Of a stretch of 64,000 nucleotides of DNA, positions 25,201-39,224 are shown in pieces. A program made the position numbers and the translations under genes. Every line of letters begins with the position of its first letter. The stretch's first letter is position 1. The notes below the pieces were generated by a model. That model searched no databases. It saw nothing but the letters and a program-made list of their open reading frames with translations, and was not told the DNA's origin. The stretch comes from Mobula hypostoma (lineage: Eukaryota), in contig NC_086108.1 in NCBI RefSeq assembly GCF_963921235.1, positions 33,792,001 to 33,856,000 on the forward strand, given 5' to 3'.

Positions 25201-28200
25201 CAAAAAAAAAAGTGAGAATTGAACTAATCTCAAAAAGACAATACGTGATTTTTGCCTTAGCTACCAATGAGAGGGAGAATCCTAAGGGATTCTACAGATA
25301 TGTTAAGAGCAAAAGGATTGTAAGGAACAAAATTAGTTCCTTTTGATTCTGGAAGATCAGAAATGGTAATCCATGCATGGAATCAAACAAGATGGGGGAG
25401 ATCTTAAACACATTTTTTTTTGCATCTGTATTTACTCAGGAGACAGACACAGAATCTATAGAAATGAGGCAAAAGGGCATCAACTTCACAACCCTATACA
25501 GATTACAGAAGAGGAGGTGTTTGCCATCTTGCGGCAAATTAGAGTGGATAACTCCCCAGGGCCTGACAAAGTGTTCCCTCTGATCCTGTGGGATGCTTGT
25601 GCAGAAATTGTTGGGGCCCTAGAAGAGATATTTAAATTATCCTTAGCAACAGGTGAGGTACCAGAAGATTGGAGGACAGCCAATGTTATTTTGCTGTTTA
25701 AGAAAGGCTCTAAAAATAAACCAGTGAGCCTGTCATCAGTCATGGGAAAGTTATTGGAAGGTATTTTAAGGGACCAGATACATGAGTAGTTGGATGGACA
25801 TAGACTGATTAGGGATAGTTAGCATGGCTTTGTATATGGTAGGTCATGTCTAACCAATCTTATGGAGTTTTTCAAAGAAGTTACCAGGAAAGTTGATGAG
25901 GGCAAGGCAGTGAGTATTGTCTACATGGACTTTAGCAAGGTACTTGACAAGGTCCCGTATGGGAGGCTGGTCAAGAAGGTTCAGTCAGCATTCAAGATAA
26001 GGCAGTGAATTGGTTTAGACATTGGCTTTGTGGGAGAAGCTAGAGAGGGGTAGTAGTTCATTGCCTCTCTGACTGGAGGCTTGTGACTAGTGGAGTGCCG
26101 CAAGGATCGGTACTTGGTTATTGTTGTTTGCCGTCTACCGTATATCAACTGTTTGGATGATAATGAGGTTAACGGGATCAGCAAATTTGCAGATTACACA
26201 AAGATTGCAGGTGTAGTCATAGACAGCAAGGAAACCTATCATGGTTTGCAGAGGGATCTGGACCAGCTGGAAAATGGGTGAACAAAATGAAAATAGGAGG
26301 TGTTGCACTTTGGTAGGATCAGCCAGGGTATGTCTTAAACCGTTGAGTGGTTAGGCATTGACGAGTGGGAATCTGGGATTCACAAAGGGATCTGGGAACA
26401 CAGGTCCATAATTCATTGAAAATGGTGTCGCAGGTAGACAGGGTCACAAAGAAAGCTTTCAGTACATTGGCCTTTGTAAATCAAAGTATTGAGAACAGGA
26501 GATGGGATGTGATGTTGAAGTTGTATAAGATGTTAGTGAGGCCTAATTTGGAGTATTGTGTCCAGTTTTGGTCACCTACCTACAGGAAAGATGTAAATAA
26601 GGTTACGGAGTACAGAAAAATTTACAAGGATGTTACCAGGTCTGGAGGACCTGAGTTATAAGGAAAGATTGAATAGGACTTTTGTTTCTTGGAACATAGA
26701 AGATTGAGGGGATTTTTAATAGAGGTCTACAAAATTATGAGTGAAATAGATAGGGTAAATTCAAGTAGATTTTTTCCACTGAGGTTGTGTGGAACTACAA
26801 TTAAAGGCCATGGGTTAACGGTGAAAGGTGAAAAGTTTAACGGGAACACGAAAGGAAACTTCTTCACGTGGCCTATCAGGGGCATCAACAGAGCTTTACC
26901 AAGAGGGATTTCTCGCAGGTCAGCGGCGGTTATTTAAAAAGGGAGCTTCGAGAACATTTGTCTATTGTACGTGGCCTATCAGTGGTGGCAACAGAGCTCT
27001 ACAAAAGGGATAAGCGGAGCAGCCACTGTACAGGAGTAGGCCAGTGGTGAGAGTAGAAGCAACAAGTTTTGTCTCAAAAGAGGGTTTGGCTCGGAAGAGG
27101 CGTAGGCTCTGTGTAAAATGTCTGTTAAGGTTTCCTTCTTGTTTTTTCCCTCTCTCTCTGTACCATTTAAATAGCTGTGGTGTGTTCTTAGAAACATAGA
27201 AACATAGAAAACCTACAGCACAATACAGGCCCTTCGGCCCACAAAGTTGTGCCGAATATGTCCCTACCTTAGAAATTACTAGGCTTACCCATAGCCCTCT
27301 ATTTTTCTAAGCTCCATATACCTATCCAAAATTCTCTTAAAAGACCTTATCATATCCACCTCCACCATAGTAGCTGGCAGCCCATTCCATGCACTTACCA
27401 CTCTCTGCATAAAAAACTTACCCCTGACATCTCCTCTGTACCTACTCCCCAGCACCTTAAACTGTGTCCTCTTGTAGCAACCATTTCAGCCCTGGGAAAA
27501 GGCCTCTGACTATCCACACGATCAATGCCTCTCATCATCTCTTACGCCTCTATCAAGTCACCTCACATCCTCCGTCACTTCAAGGAAAAAAGGCCGAGTT
27601 CACTCAAACTGTTTTCAAATGGCATGCTCCCCAATCCAGGCAACATCCTTGTAAATTTCATCTGCACCCTTTCTATGGCTTCCACATCCTTCCTGTAGTC
27701 AGGCGACCAGAACTGAGCACAGTACTCCAAGTGGGTCTGACCAGGGTCCTATATAGCTGCAATGTTACCTCTCAGCTCCCAAGTTCAATTCCATGATTAA
27801 TGAAGGCCAATACACCGTATGCCTTCTTAAACAGAGTCAACCTGCACAGCTGCTTTGAGCTTCCTATGGACTCGGACCCCAAGACCCCTCTGATCCTCTA
27901 CACTGCCAAGAGTCTTACCATTAATATTATATCCTGCCATCATATTTGACCTAACAAAATGAACCACTTCACACTTATCTGGGTTGAACTCCATCTGCCA
28001 CTTCTCAGCCCAGTTTTACATCCTATCAATGTCCCACTGTAACCTCTGACACTGTCCACAACACCTCCAACCTTTGCGTCATCAGCAAACTTACTAATCC
28101 ATCCCACCACTTCCTCATCCAGGTCATTTATAAAAATCACGAAGAGTAAGGGTTCCAGAACAGATCCCTGAGGCACTCCACTGGTGACTGACCTCCATGC

Positions 28201-29960
28201 AGAATATGACCCATCTACAACCACTCTTTGCCTTCTGTGGGCAAGCCAGTTCTGGATCTACAAAGCAATGTCCCTTTGGATCCCATGCCTCCTTACTTTC
28301 TCAATAAGCCTTGCATGGGGTACCTTGTCAAATGCCTTGCTGAAATCCATATATGCTACATCTACTGCTCTTCCTTCATCATTGTGTTTATTCACATCCT
28401 CAAAAAATTCAATCAGGCTCGTAAGGCACAACCTGCCCTTGACAAAGCCATGCTGACTATTCCAAATCATATTATGCCTCTCTAAATGTTCATAAATCCT
28501 GCCTCTCAGGAACTTCTCTATCAACTTACCAACCACTGAAGTGGGAGGCACTGGTCTATAATTTCCTGGGCTATCTCTACTCCCTTTCTTAAATAACGAA
28601 ACAACATTCGCAACCCTCCAATCCTCCAGAACCTCTCCTGTCTCCATTGATGATTCAAAGATCATCGCCAGATGCTCAGCAATCTCCTCCCTCACCTCTC
28701 ACGGTAGCCTGGGGTACATCTTATCCGGTCCCAGCGACTTATCCAACTTGATGCTTTCCAAAAGCTCCAGTACATCGTCTTTCTTAATATCTGCATGCTC
28801 AAGCTTTTCAGTCTGCTGCAAGTCATCACCACAATCACCAAGATCCTTTTCCATAGTGAATATTGAAGTAAGGTATTCATTAAGTACCTCTGTTACTTCC
28901 TCTGGTTCCATACACACTTTCCCACTGTCACACTTGATAGGTCCTATTCTTTCACGTCTTATCTTCTTGCTCTTCACATACTTGCAGAATGTCTTGGGGT
29001 TTTACTTAATCCTGCCCGCCAAGGCCTTCGCATGGTCCCTTCTGGCTCTCCTAATTTCCTTCTTAAGCTCCTTCCTGTTAACCTAATAATCTTCTATATC
29101 ACTAACATCACCAAGCTCTCTGAACCTTTTGTAAGCCTTTCTTTTCTTCTTGACTAGATTTATTACAACCTTTGTACACCACGGTTCCTGTACCCTACCA
29201 CAACTTCCCTGTCTCATTGGAACATACCTATGCAGATCTCCACACAAATATCCCCTGAACATTTGCCACATTTCTTCCATACTTTTCCCTGAGAACATCT
29301 GTTCCCAATTTAAGCTTCCAATTTCCTGCCTGATAGCCTCATAATTCCCTTTCCTCCAATTAAAAGCTTTTCTAACTTGTCAGTTCCTATCTCTCTCCAA
29401 TGCTATTGTAAAGGAGATAGAATTATGATCACTATCTCCAAAATACTCTCCCACTGAGAGATCTGACACCTGACCAGATTCATTTCCCAATACCAAATCA
29501 AGTACAGTCTCTCCTCTTGGAGGCTTATCTACATATTGTGTCAAGAAACTTCCTGAACACACCTAACGAACTCCAACCCATCTAAACCCCTTGCCAATCG
29601 ATACTTGGAAAACTAAAATCTCCCATCATGACAACTCTGTTATTATTACACCTTTTCAGGATCTGTTTCCCTATCTGCTCCTCGATATCCCTGTTACTAT
29701 TGGGCGGCCTATAAAAAACACCCAGTAAAGTTATTGACTCCTTTCTGTTCCTAACCTCCAACCACAGAGACCCCGTAGACAATCCTTCCATGATGTTCAC
29801 CTTTTCTACAGCCGTGACACTATCTCTGATCAACAGTGTTATGCCTCCATCTCTTTTGCCTCCTTCCCTGTCCTTTCTGAAACATCTAAAACCCGGCACT
29901 TGAAGTAACCATTCCTGTCCCTGAGCCATCCAAGTCTCTGTAATGGCCACCACATCATAG

Positions 29961-31980
29961 AAACATAGAAACATAGAAAATAGGTGCAGGAGTAGGCCAT
30001 TCGGCCCTTTGAGCCTGCACCGCCATTTATTATGATCATGGCTGATCATCCAACTCAGAACCCCACCCCAGCCTTCCCTCCATACCCCCTGATCCCCATA
30101 GCCACAAGAGCCATATCTAACTCCCTCTTAAATACAGCCAATGAACTGGCCTCAACTGTTTCCTGTGGCACAGAATTCCACAGATTCACCACTCTCTGTG
30201 TGAAGAAGTATTTCCTAATCTCGGTCCTAAAAGGCTTCCCCTTTATCCTCAAACTGTGACCCCTTGTTCTGGACTTCCCCAACATCGGGAATAATCTTCC
30301 TGCATCTAGCCTGTCCAATCCCTTTAGGATTTTATACGTTTCAATTACATCCCCCCTCAATCTTCTAAATTCCAATGAGTACAAGCCCAGTTCATCCAGT
30401 CTTTCTTCATATGAAAGTCCTGCCATCCCAGGAATCAATCTGGTGAACCTTCTTTGTACTCCCTCTATGGCAAGCATGTCTTTCCTCAGATTAGGTGACC
30501 AAAACTGCACACAATACTCCAGGTGTGGTCTCACCAAGGCCTTGTACAACTGCAGTAGTACCTCCCTGCTCCTGTACTCGAATCCTCTCGCTATAAATGC
30601 CAGCATACCATTCGCCCTTTTCACTGCCTGCTGTACCTGCATGCCCACTTTCAATGACTGGTGTATAATGACACCCAGGTCTCGTTGCACCTCTCCTTTT
30701 CCTAATCGGCCACCACTGAGATAATAATCTGTTTTCCTATTTTTGCCACCAAAGTGGATAACTTCACATTTATCCACATTAAATTGCATCTGCCATGAAT
30801 TTGTCCACTCACCCAACCTATCCAAGTCACTCTGCATCCTCTTAGCATCCTCCTCACAGCTAACACTGCCGCCCAGCTTCGTGTCATCCGCAAACTTGGA
30901 GATGCTGCATTTAATTTCCTCATCCAAGTCATTAATATATATTGTAAACAGCTGGGGTCCCAGCACTGAGCCTTGCGGTACTCACTAGTCACCGCCTGTC
31001 ATTCTGAAAAGGTCCTGTTTATTCCCACTCTTTGCTTCCTGTCTGCTAACCAATTCTCCATCCACATCAATACCTTACCCCCAATACTGTGTGCTTTAAG
31101 TTTGCACACTAATCTCCTGTGTGGGACCTTGTCAAAAGCCTTTTGAAAATCCAAATATACCACATCCACTGGTTCTCCCCTATCCACTCTACTAGTTACA
31201 TCCTCAAAAAATTCTATGAGATTCGTCAGACATGATTTTCCTTTCACAAATTCATGCTGACTTTGTCCAATGATTTCACCGCTTTCCAAATGTGCTGTTA
31301 TCACATCCTTGATAACTGACTCCAGCAGTTTCCCCACCACCGACGTTAGGCTAACCAGTCTATAATTCCCCGGTTTCTCTCTCCCTCCTTTTTTAAAAAG
31401 TGGGGTTACATTAGCCACCCTCCAATCTTCAGGAACTAGTCCAGAATCTAACGAGTTTTGAAAAATTATCACAAATGCATCCACTATTTCTTGGGCTACT
31501 TCCTTAAGCACTCTAGGATGCAGACCATCTGGCCCTGGGGATTTATCTGCCTTCAATCCCTTCAATTTACCTAACACCACTTCCCTACGAACGTGTATTT
31601 CGCTCAGTTCGTCCATCTCACTGGACCCTCTATCCCCTACTATTTCTGGAAGATTATTTATGTCCTCCTTAGTGAAGACAGAACCAAAGTAATTATTCAA
31701 TTGGTCTGCCATGTCCTTGCTCTCCTTAATCAATTCACCTGTTTCTGTCTGTAGGGGACCTACATTTGTCTTTACCAGTCTTTTCCTTTTTACATATCTA
31801 TAAAAGCTTTTACAGTCAGTTTTTATGTTCCCTGCCAGTTTTCTCTCATAATCTTTTTTCCCCTTCCTAATTAAGCCCTTTGTCCTCCTCTGCTGAACTC
31901 TGAATTTCTCCCAGTCCTCAGGTGAGCCACTTTTTCTGGCTAATTTGTATGCTTCTTCTTTGGAATTGATACTAGAATTG
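29961..31980 (-). mobile_element. Young 5'-truncated CR1 (level 4), same subfamily as 18215-22015
   Basis: TSD ATCATAG at 29954-29960 and 31981-31987. ORFs 30055-30966 and 30999-31970 are nearly identical in translation to the 18-22 kb ORF2. Confidence 0.92.
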
Positions 31981-32198
31981 ATCATAGCTCCAAGTACTGA
32001 TCCACGCTGTAAGCTCATACGCTTTGTTCACAATACTCCTTGCGTTGAAATAGACACATCTCAAACTGTCCGTCTGAGCGTGTCCCTTCTCTATCACCTG
32101 CCTATCCTCCCTCACACACTGTCTCTAAGCTTTCTTTATTTGTGAGCCAACTGCCTCTTCCCCAGTCTCTTCAGTTCGGTTCCCACCCCCCAACAATT

Positions 32199-33008
32199 CT
32201 AGTTTAAACTCTCCTCAGTAGCCTTAGCAAACCTCCCCACCAGGATATTGGTCCCTCTGGGATTCAAGTGCAACCCATCCTTTTTGTACAGGTCACACCT
32301 GCCCCAAAAGAGGTCCCAATGATCCAGAAATCTGAATCCCTGCCCCCTGCTCCAATCCCTCAGCCACACATTTATCCTCCACCTCATCTTATTCCTATTC
32401 TCACTGTCGCGTGGCACAGGCAGTAACCCCGAGATTACTACCTTTGCAATCCTGCTTCTCAACTTCCTTCCTAACCCCCTGTTGTCTTTTTTCAGGACCT
32501 CTTCCCCTTTCCTACCTATGTCATTGGTACCAATATGTACCACAACCTCTGGCTGTTCTCCCTCCCACTGCAGGATATCTTGGATGCGATCAGAAACATC
32601 CCAGACCGTGGCACCTGGGAGGCAAACTACCATCTGAGTTTCTTTCCTGTGTCCACAGAATCGCCTGTCTGACCCCCTAACGATAGAGTTCCCTATCACT
32701 ACTGCCTTTCTCTTGCTTTCCCTACCCTTCTGAGCCACAGGGCCGGACTCTGTGCCAGAGGCACTACCACTGTTGCTTTCCACCTGGTAGGCCGTTCCCC
32801 CCGCCCCCCCAGCGGTACTCAAACAGGAGTACTTATTGTTAAGGGGGACAGTCACAGGGGTACTCTCTAGTACCTGACTCTTCCCCTTCCCTCTCCTGAC
32901 TCTTACCCACTTGTCTGTCTCCCGTGGCCCCGGTGTGACCACCTGCCTGTAACTCCTCTCTATTACCTCCTCACTCTCCCTGACCAGACGAAGGTCATCG
33001 AGCTGCAT
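32199..33008 (-). pseudogene. CR1 ORF1 coiled-coil plus SGNH esterase, open 269 aa but N-truncated
   Basis: VIGNSIVRG, CLPGA, HIGTNDIG, KKDGLHLNPRG. Confidence 0.8.
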
Positions 33009-36000
33009 CTTCAGTTCCCTAACGTCTTCGTGCCGGATGTTGGAGAACTGGGAGACCCAGAGTCTCCCAGGAAACTACATCTGCCCCATGAAGTGCATCT
33101 GGCTGCAGTTCGTTGAAGACTGTGTTAGGGATCTGGAGCAGCAAATGGATGACCTTTGGCTTGTATGAGAGAGTGAGAATATAATTGATCAAAGTTACAG
33201 GAAGGTAGTCACCCCAAAGTTACAGGAGGTGAGTAGCTGAAATGGAAATAGGCAGTTAGAGTAGAGCACCCCTGTGGCCATTCCCCTCAAAAACAAGTAT
33301 ACCGTTTTGGATACTTTTAGGGGGATTACCTCCTGGGAGAATGCCACGGCGACCAGGTTACAGGCACTGAGCGTGGGTCCGTGCTGCAGAAGGGGAAGAG
33401 AGAGAAGAAGGGAGTGGTAGTGATAGGGGACTTGATATTGAGGGGAATAGACAGGAGATTCTGTGGACGTAAACAGGACACCTAGATGGTGTGTTGCCAG
33501 GGTCAGGGATGTCTCAGATCACGTCCACAACATTTTGAGGGAGGGAGAGCAGCCAGATGTCTTGGTACATATTGGTACTAATGACATAGGAGGGAAAAGC
33601 AATGAGGTCCTGAAAAGAGAATTTAGAGAGCTAGGTAGAAAGCTGAGAAGCGTGATCTCCCGGGTAGTAATTTCTGGATTGCTACCCATGCCACACGCCA
33701 GTGAGGGTAGAAACAGGATGATTTGGCAGATAAATGCGTGGCTGAGTAGCTGGTGCAGGGGGCAGGGCTTCAGGTTTGGATAACTGGGATCTCTTTGGGG
33801 CTGGTATGACCTGTTTAAAAGAGACAGGTTGCACCTGAACCCCAGGGGGACCGATATTCTCGCAGGCAGGTTTGTTGGAGCTATTGGGGAGGGTTTATAC
33901 TAACTTGGCAGGGGAGTGGGAACTAAGGGACTCAGGAAAGGACAGATGGTAGAAAAGTAAAGATAGTCAGCAGTCAGATTGTCAGGAAGGGCAGGCAGGT
34001 GATGGGACTTAGTTGCAGTCAACAGGGTGAGTATCAAATCATTAGGGATGCAGAATCAGAAAGGTCAGCAAATAAGGTGCTCAAGGTGTTGTATCTAAAT
34101 GCACTTGTAAAAGAAATAAGGTGGATGATCTTGTTGCAATATTACAGATGGCCAGGTATGATGTTGTAGCCAACACTGAATCGTGGCTGAAGGATAGTTG
34201 TAGTTGGGAGCTGAATGTCCAAGGTTGCACGTTATATTGGAGGGATAGGAAGGTAGGCAGAGGGGATGGTGTGGATTGACTGGTAAAGAATGGCATCAAA
34301 TCAGTAGAAAGATGTGTCATAGAATCGGAAGATGTTGAATTCTTCTGGGCTGAGTTAAGAAACTGCAAGGGTAAAAGGATATTGATGGTAGTTATATACA
34401 GGCCTCCCAACAGTGGCTGGGAGGTGGACCACAGGTTACAACAGGAAATAGAAAAGTAAAATCAAAAGGGCAATATTATAATAGTCATGGGAGATTTTAA
34501 CATGTAGGTTGATTGGGAAAATCAGGTTGGTAATGGATCTCAAGAGAGTGAGTTTGTTGAATGCCTAAGAGATAGCTTTTTAGAGCAGTCTGTTATTGAG
34601 CCTACTAAGGGATCAGTTATACTGCAGTGGGTTTTATGAAATGAATTGGGAGCTTAAGGTAAAAGAACCTGTAGGAACCAAAGATCACTATATGATTGTG
34701 TTCAACTTGAAATTTGATAGGGAGTAAGTGATGTCTGATGTAGCAGTATTTCAGTGGAGTAAGGGAAATTACAACGGTATGAGAGAGGAGTTGGCCAATG
34801 CAAACTGGAAGGAGCTGCTACCAGGGATGTTAGCAGAACAGTAATAGTGTGCGTTTCTGGGAAAAATGAGGAAGGTGCAGGTCATGTGTGTTACAAAAAT
34901 GAAGAAATACTCAAATGGTAAAATAGTACAACTGTGGCTGACAAGGGAAGTCAAAGCTATTGTAAAAGCAAAAGAAAGGGCATACAACAAAGTAAAAATT
35001 AGTGGGAAGGTAGAGGATTGGGAAGTTTTTAAAAAAGCCACAGAGAGCAACTAAAACAATCATAGAAGGAAAAAGATGAAATATGAAAGCAAGTGAGCAA
35101 ATTGAGCAAATAATATCAAAGTGGATAGTAATAGTTTTTTCAAGTATGTTAAAAATAAAAGAGAAATGAGAGTGGATGTAGGAGTGCTAGAAAATGAGGC
35201 AGGAGAAATAGTAACGGGGACAAGGAGATGGCTGCTGAATTAAATGAGTATTTTGCGTCAGTCTTCACAGTGGAAGACACTAGCGGTATGACTGATGTTG
35301 CAGTATGTGAAGGAAGAGAAGTGGGTGCAGTTACTGTTACAAGAGAGAAGGCGCTCAAAAAGTTGAAAGACCCAAAGGTACATAAGTCACCTGGACCAGA
35401 TGAACTGCACCCTAAGGTTCTGAAAGGGGTAGCGTTAGAGATTGTGGTGGCATTAGAAATGATCTTTCAAAAATCATTGGACTCTGGCATGGGGCCAGAG
35501 GACTGGAAAATTGCAAACATAACCCCACTCTTTAAGAAAGGAGGAAGGCAGCAGAAAGGAAATTATAGACCAGTTAGCCTGATCTCAGTGGTTGGGAAGA
35601 TGTTAGAGTCAATTGTTAAGGATGAGGATATGGAGTACTTGGTGACACAGGACAGGATAGGACAAAGTCAGCATGGTTTCCTTCAGGGAAAATCCTGCCT
35701 GACGAACCTGTTGGAATTCTTTGAGGAGATTATAAGTAGGATAGATAAAGGGGATGCAGTGGATGTTGTATATTTGGACTTCCAGAAGGCCTTCGACAAG
35801 GTGCCACACATGAGGCTGCTTACCAAGTTAGGAGTTCATGGTATCACAGGAAAATTACCAACTTGGTTAGAGCATTGGCTGATTGGTAGGAGGCAGCAAG
35901 AGGTAATAAAAGAATCCTTTTCTGGTTGGCTGCCAGTGACTAGTAATATTCCGCAGGGGTTGGTGTTGGGACCACTTCTTTTTACGTGGTATATCAATGC

Positions 36001-37108
36001 TTTAGATGATGGAATAGATGGCTTTTTTTTACCAGGTTTGCAGATGATACGAAGGTTGGTGGAGGGGCAGGTAGTGTTGAGGAGACAGGTGGGATGCAAA
36101 AGGACTTAGACAGATTAGGAGAATGGGCAAGAAAGTGGCAAATGAAATACAATGTTGGAAAATGCATGGTCATGCACTTTGGTAGGAGAAATAAATGTGC
36201 AAACCATTTTCTGAACAGGGAGAAAATCCAAAAATCTAAGATACAAAGGGACTTGGAAGTCCTCGTGCTGAACACCCTAAATGTTAACTTGCAGGTAGAG
36301 TCGGTGGTGAGGAAGGCAAATGCAATGTTAGCTTTCATTTCAAGAGGTCTAGAATACGAGAGCAGGGATGTGGTGCTGAGGCTTTATAAGGCACTGGTGA
36401 GGCCTCCTCTTGAGCATTATAAACAGTTTTGGGCCCCTCATCTTTGAAAAGATGTGCTGGCATTGTAGAGGGTCCAGAGGAGGTTCACAAGGATGATTCC
36501 AGCAATTAAAGGGTTATCATAAGAGGAATGTTTGATGGCTCTGCGTCTGTACTCACTGGAATTCAGAAGGATAAGGGGGTACTCACTGAAACCTTTTGAA
36601 CGTTGAAAGGATGTTTCCCATGGTGGGAGAGTCTAAGACAAGGGGGCACAGCCTCAGGATAGAGGGTCGCCCTTTCTAAACAGAGATGCGGAGAAATTTC
36701 TTTGGCCAAGGAGTGGTGAATTTGTGGAACTTGTTGCCACATGCAGTTGTGTAGGCCAGGTCCTTGGGTGTAATTAAGGAAGAAATTGATAGGTTCTTGA
36801 CAGGACATGGCATCAAAGGTTACAGGGAGAAGGCCAGGAACTGGGGTTGAGGAGGAGACAGAAAAAAGGATCAGCCATGATTAAATGTCGGAGCAGAGTC
36901 TGGGCCAGATGGCCTAATTCTGCTCCTATGTCTTATGGTCTGCAGTCAGTTATGAGTTTGGAACGAGCTGCCAGGGCAAATGGTGCATGTGAGCTCAATT
37001 TCAATTTTAAAGAGAAGTTCGGATGGGTACATGGATGGCAGCAGTATGAGGGCTTTGGTCCCTATGCAGATTGATGGGAATAAACTGTTGAAATAGTTCA
37101 GCACTGAC

Positions 37109-38044
37109 CGACATTTCCTTCCGTCATAAGGTCTGAAGTGGGGGTTGTTTGCAGATGACTACGCAATGTTCTGCACCATTCATGACTCCTCAGATAGTGA
37201 AGCAGTTCATATGCAAATGCAGCAGGACCTGGACAATATCCAGGCTTGGGCTGACAAGTGACAAATAACATTCAAGCCATGCAAGTGCCAGGCAATGACT
37301 ATCTCAAACAAGACAGGCTCTAACTATCATCCCTTGACATTCAGTGGCATCACCATCGCTGAATCCCCTGCTATTAACATCCTGGGGGTTACCATTGACA
37401 CTGAACTGGACTAGCCATATAAACACCGTGGCTATCAGAGCAAGTCAAAGGCTAGGAATCCTGTGGTGCATAATTCATCTCCTGACTCCCCAAAGCCTGT
37501 CCACCATCTACAAGGTCAGGTCAGGAGTGTAATGGAATACTCGCCACGCGCCTGGATGAGTGCAGCTCCATCAATACTCAAGAAGCTTAACACCATCCAG
37601 TACAAGGCAGCCAGTTTGATTGGTACCGCTTCCACAAGCATCCAATCCCTCCACCATTGATGAACAGGGTAGTGTGTACTATCTACAAGATGCACTGCAA
37701 CAACACACCGAAGTTCCTACGGCAGCACCTTCCAGACCCATGACCACTACCATCTAGAAGGATGAGAACAGCAGACACCTGGGAACACCATCACTTGGAA
37801 AACCCCCTCCAAGTTACTCACTATCCTGACTTGGAAACATATCGCCATTCATTCCTTCATTGTTGCTGGGTTAAAATCATGGAATTCCCTCCCTAACAGC
37901 ACTGTGGGTGTACCTACACTTCAGGGACTGCAGTGGTTCAAGAAGGCAGCTCATCACCACCTTCTCAAGGGCAACTAGGGATGGGCAATAAATGCTGGCT
38001 TAGCTGGCGATGTCCACATCTCATAAATGAATAAATAAAAAAAA
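37109..38044 (+). mobile_element. 5'-truncated CR1/L2-group LINE with an A-rich tail, inserted in the 3' UTR of the outer CR1
   Basis: LFADD near 37150, VRSVMEYSPRAW, end aatgaataaataaaaaaaa. Confidence 0.75.
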
Positions 38045-38399
38045 TGGGCCAAAGAGCCTGCTTCTGTGCCGTACTTTTCTATGACTATTTGATAAAGTAG
38101 ATGATTAGGAGAGAATATTTCCTTTCAAAGTGGGATTTAAAATTAGTTGCAGTTTCAGAATAATGATGAGATAATGCTTCTTGAGATTCATAGATGATGG
38201 CTGAGTTGTTGAGTTCCTTCAGCGTTGTTGCCCAAGGTGTTTGAAGGCCTAATAATGCATTAATTATTGTGACCGTATACATGTTTGTTCTGCATTTTTG
38301 AATTATAATGAGTTGTACCATTGAATTTAATAATGATATTAGGTATTCTAATAACTCACCCAATCTTACATGTTAAGTATTTTCTCATCTGCTTTTGAA

Positions 38400-38685
38400 A
38401 AATATTGTGTAAAGGTGTATACAAATGAATGCATGCCCAATTCCGATCATATGGGGACACTACTGTTACACCTTGGGTTACTGTTGTTCCTCTCTGCACC
38501 TTGTGGTGCACTGGGCAGCTACCATGCCATTTCTTCAGCATTCGTCTGTTTCTATTATGAGGCCAAGTTGCTGGCTCGATGCTCAACCCTGTACAGATGG
38601 AAAACATGCAAGGAGCAGGCCAGAGTCAAACCCAGGATCTCTCGCCTTGAAGTCCAGTGCGGATGCCACTACCCACCTGCTGGCA
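38400..38685 (-). mobile_element. tRNA-headed SINE, decayed
   Basis: Minus strand has A-box-like TGGGTAGTGG and B-box-like GGTTTGACTC at about 38620-38680. Confidence 0.5.
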
Positions 38686-39224
38686 CCCTTGCCCAATTAT
38701 AGGTAAGCATTGCAGGCACAAATTAGCTAGCATTGCTGAGCAAGCATGTCCAAGGTACAGCTCTGTTAACTGACACAAACTGAAAGATATACAACAGTAA
38801 GAACTCCCAGTGCAGTTACATATCATTTATGATACCTTAGCATATTAAACAGCATATTAAAACATTCCTTTAAATTTTTAAAATATACGCAAATAATATT
38901 GGATGCACCAGTTAAAAGATTATTTCCTATTTGATTAGAAGTATGGAATAAACAGAGGAAAATATATTGATGTTCCAAAATTCATCCAAACACCCTAGTG
39001 CATCTCATCCCCAAACTGTCTATGTTTGTAAATAGTAGGGGTGAGTGAATTTCAGGAGTCCGGGCAGAACCAAAAATCATAGCACCACTGCAGTGGAGGT
39101 GGGGTGGAGTAAAAGTCCAAGAGCAACAGTGCTGGAAGACACAAGAGGGAAGAAAACAAGTGCTTCTGTGGCTATAGAAATGAACCTGGAATTGCCTTTT
39201 ACTTCACTGATGCCAGGGTCACAG

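Larger units (their letters stand above)
27190..33024 (-). mobile_element. CR1 (level 3), 5'-truncated in ORF1; pieces 27190-29960 and 31981-33024
   Basis: TSD TCTT at 27186-27189 and 33025-33028; tail (TTTCTATG)n at 27190-27210; RT GVPQGSVLEP..KFADD (27940-28224). Confidence 0.88.
26868..36941 (+). mobile_element. Near full-length decayed CR1 (level 2), pieces 26868-27189 and 33025-36941
   Basis: 103-bp 5' monomers at 26866 and 26969. ORF1 AVVCS | SCRM is split by an insertion. HIGTNDIG (33463-33783), RT (35228-36109), tail tatgtcttatggtct. Confidence 0.88.
25270..38087 (+). mobile_element. Outermost CR1 of the nested stack (pieces 25270-26867, 36942-37108, 38045-38087)
   Basis: RT motifs SPGPD, KFAD and RPNLEYCVQFWSP. 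The ORF end and 3' UTR resume after each insertion; tail tctatgactat. Confidence 0.8.

Noticed and set aside
30999..32018. 339-aa ORF read as an independent RT gene
   Set aside because: Its N-terminus comes from an alternative frame of the host CR1 across the TSD junction; the rest is truncated CR1 ORF2.
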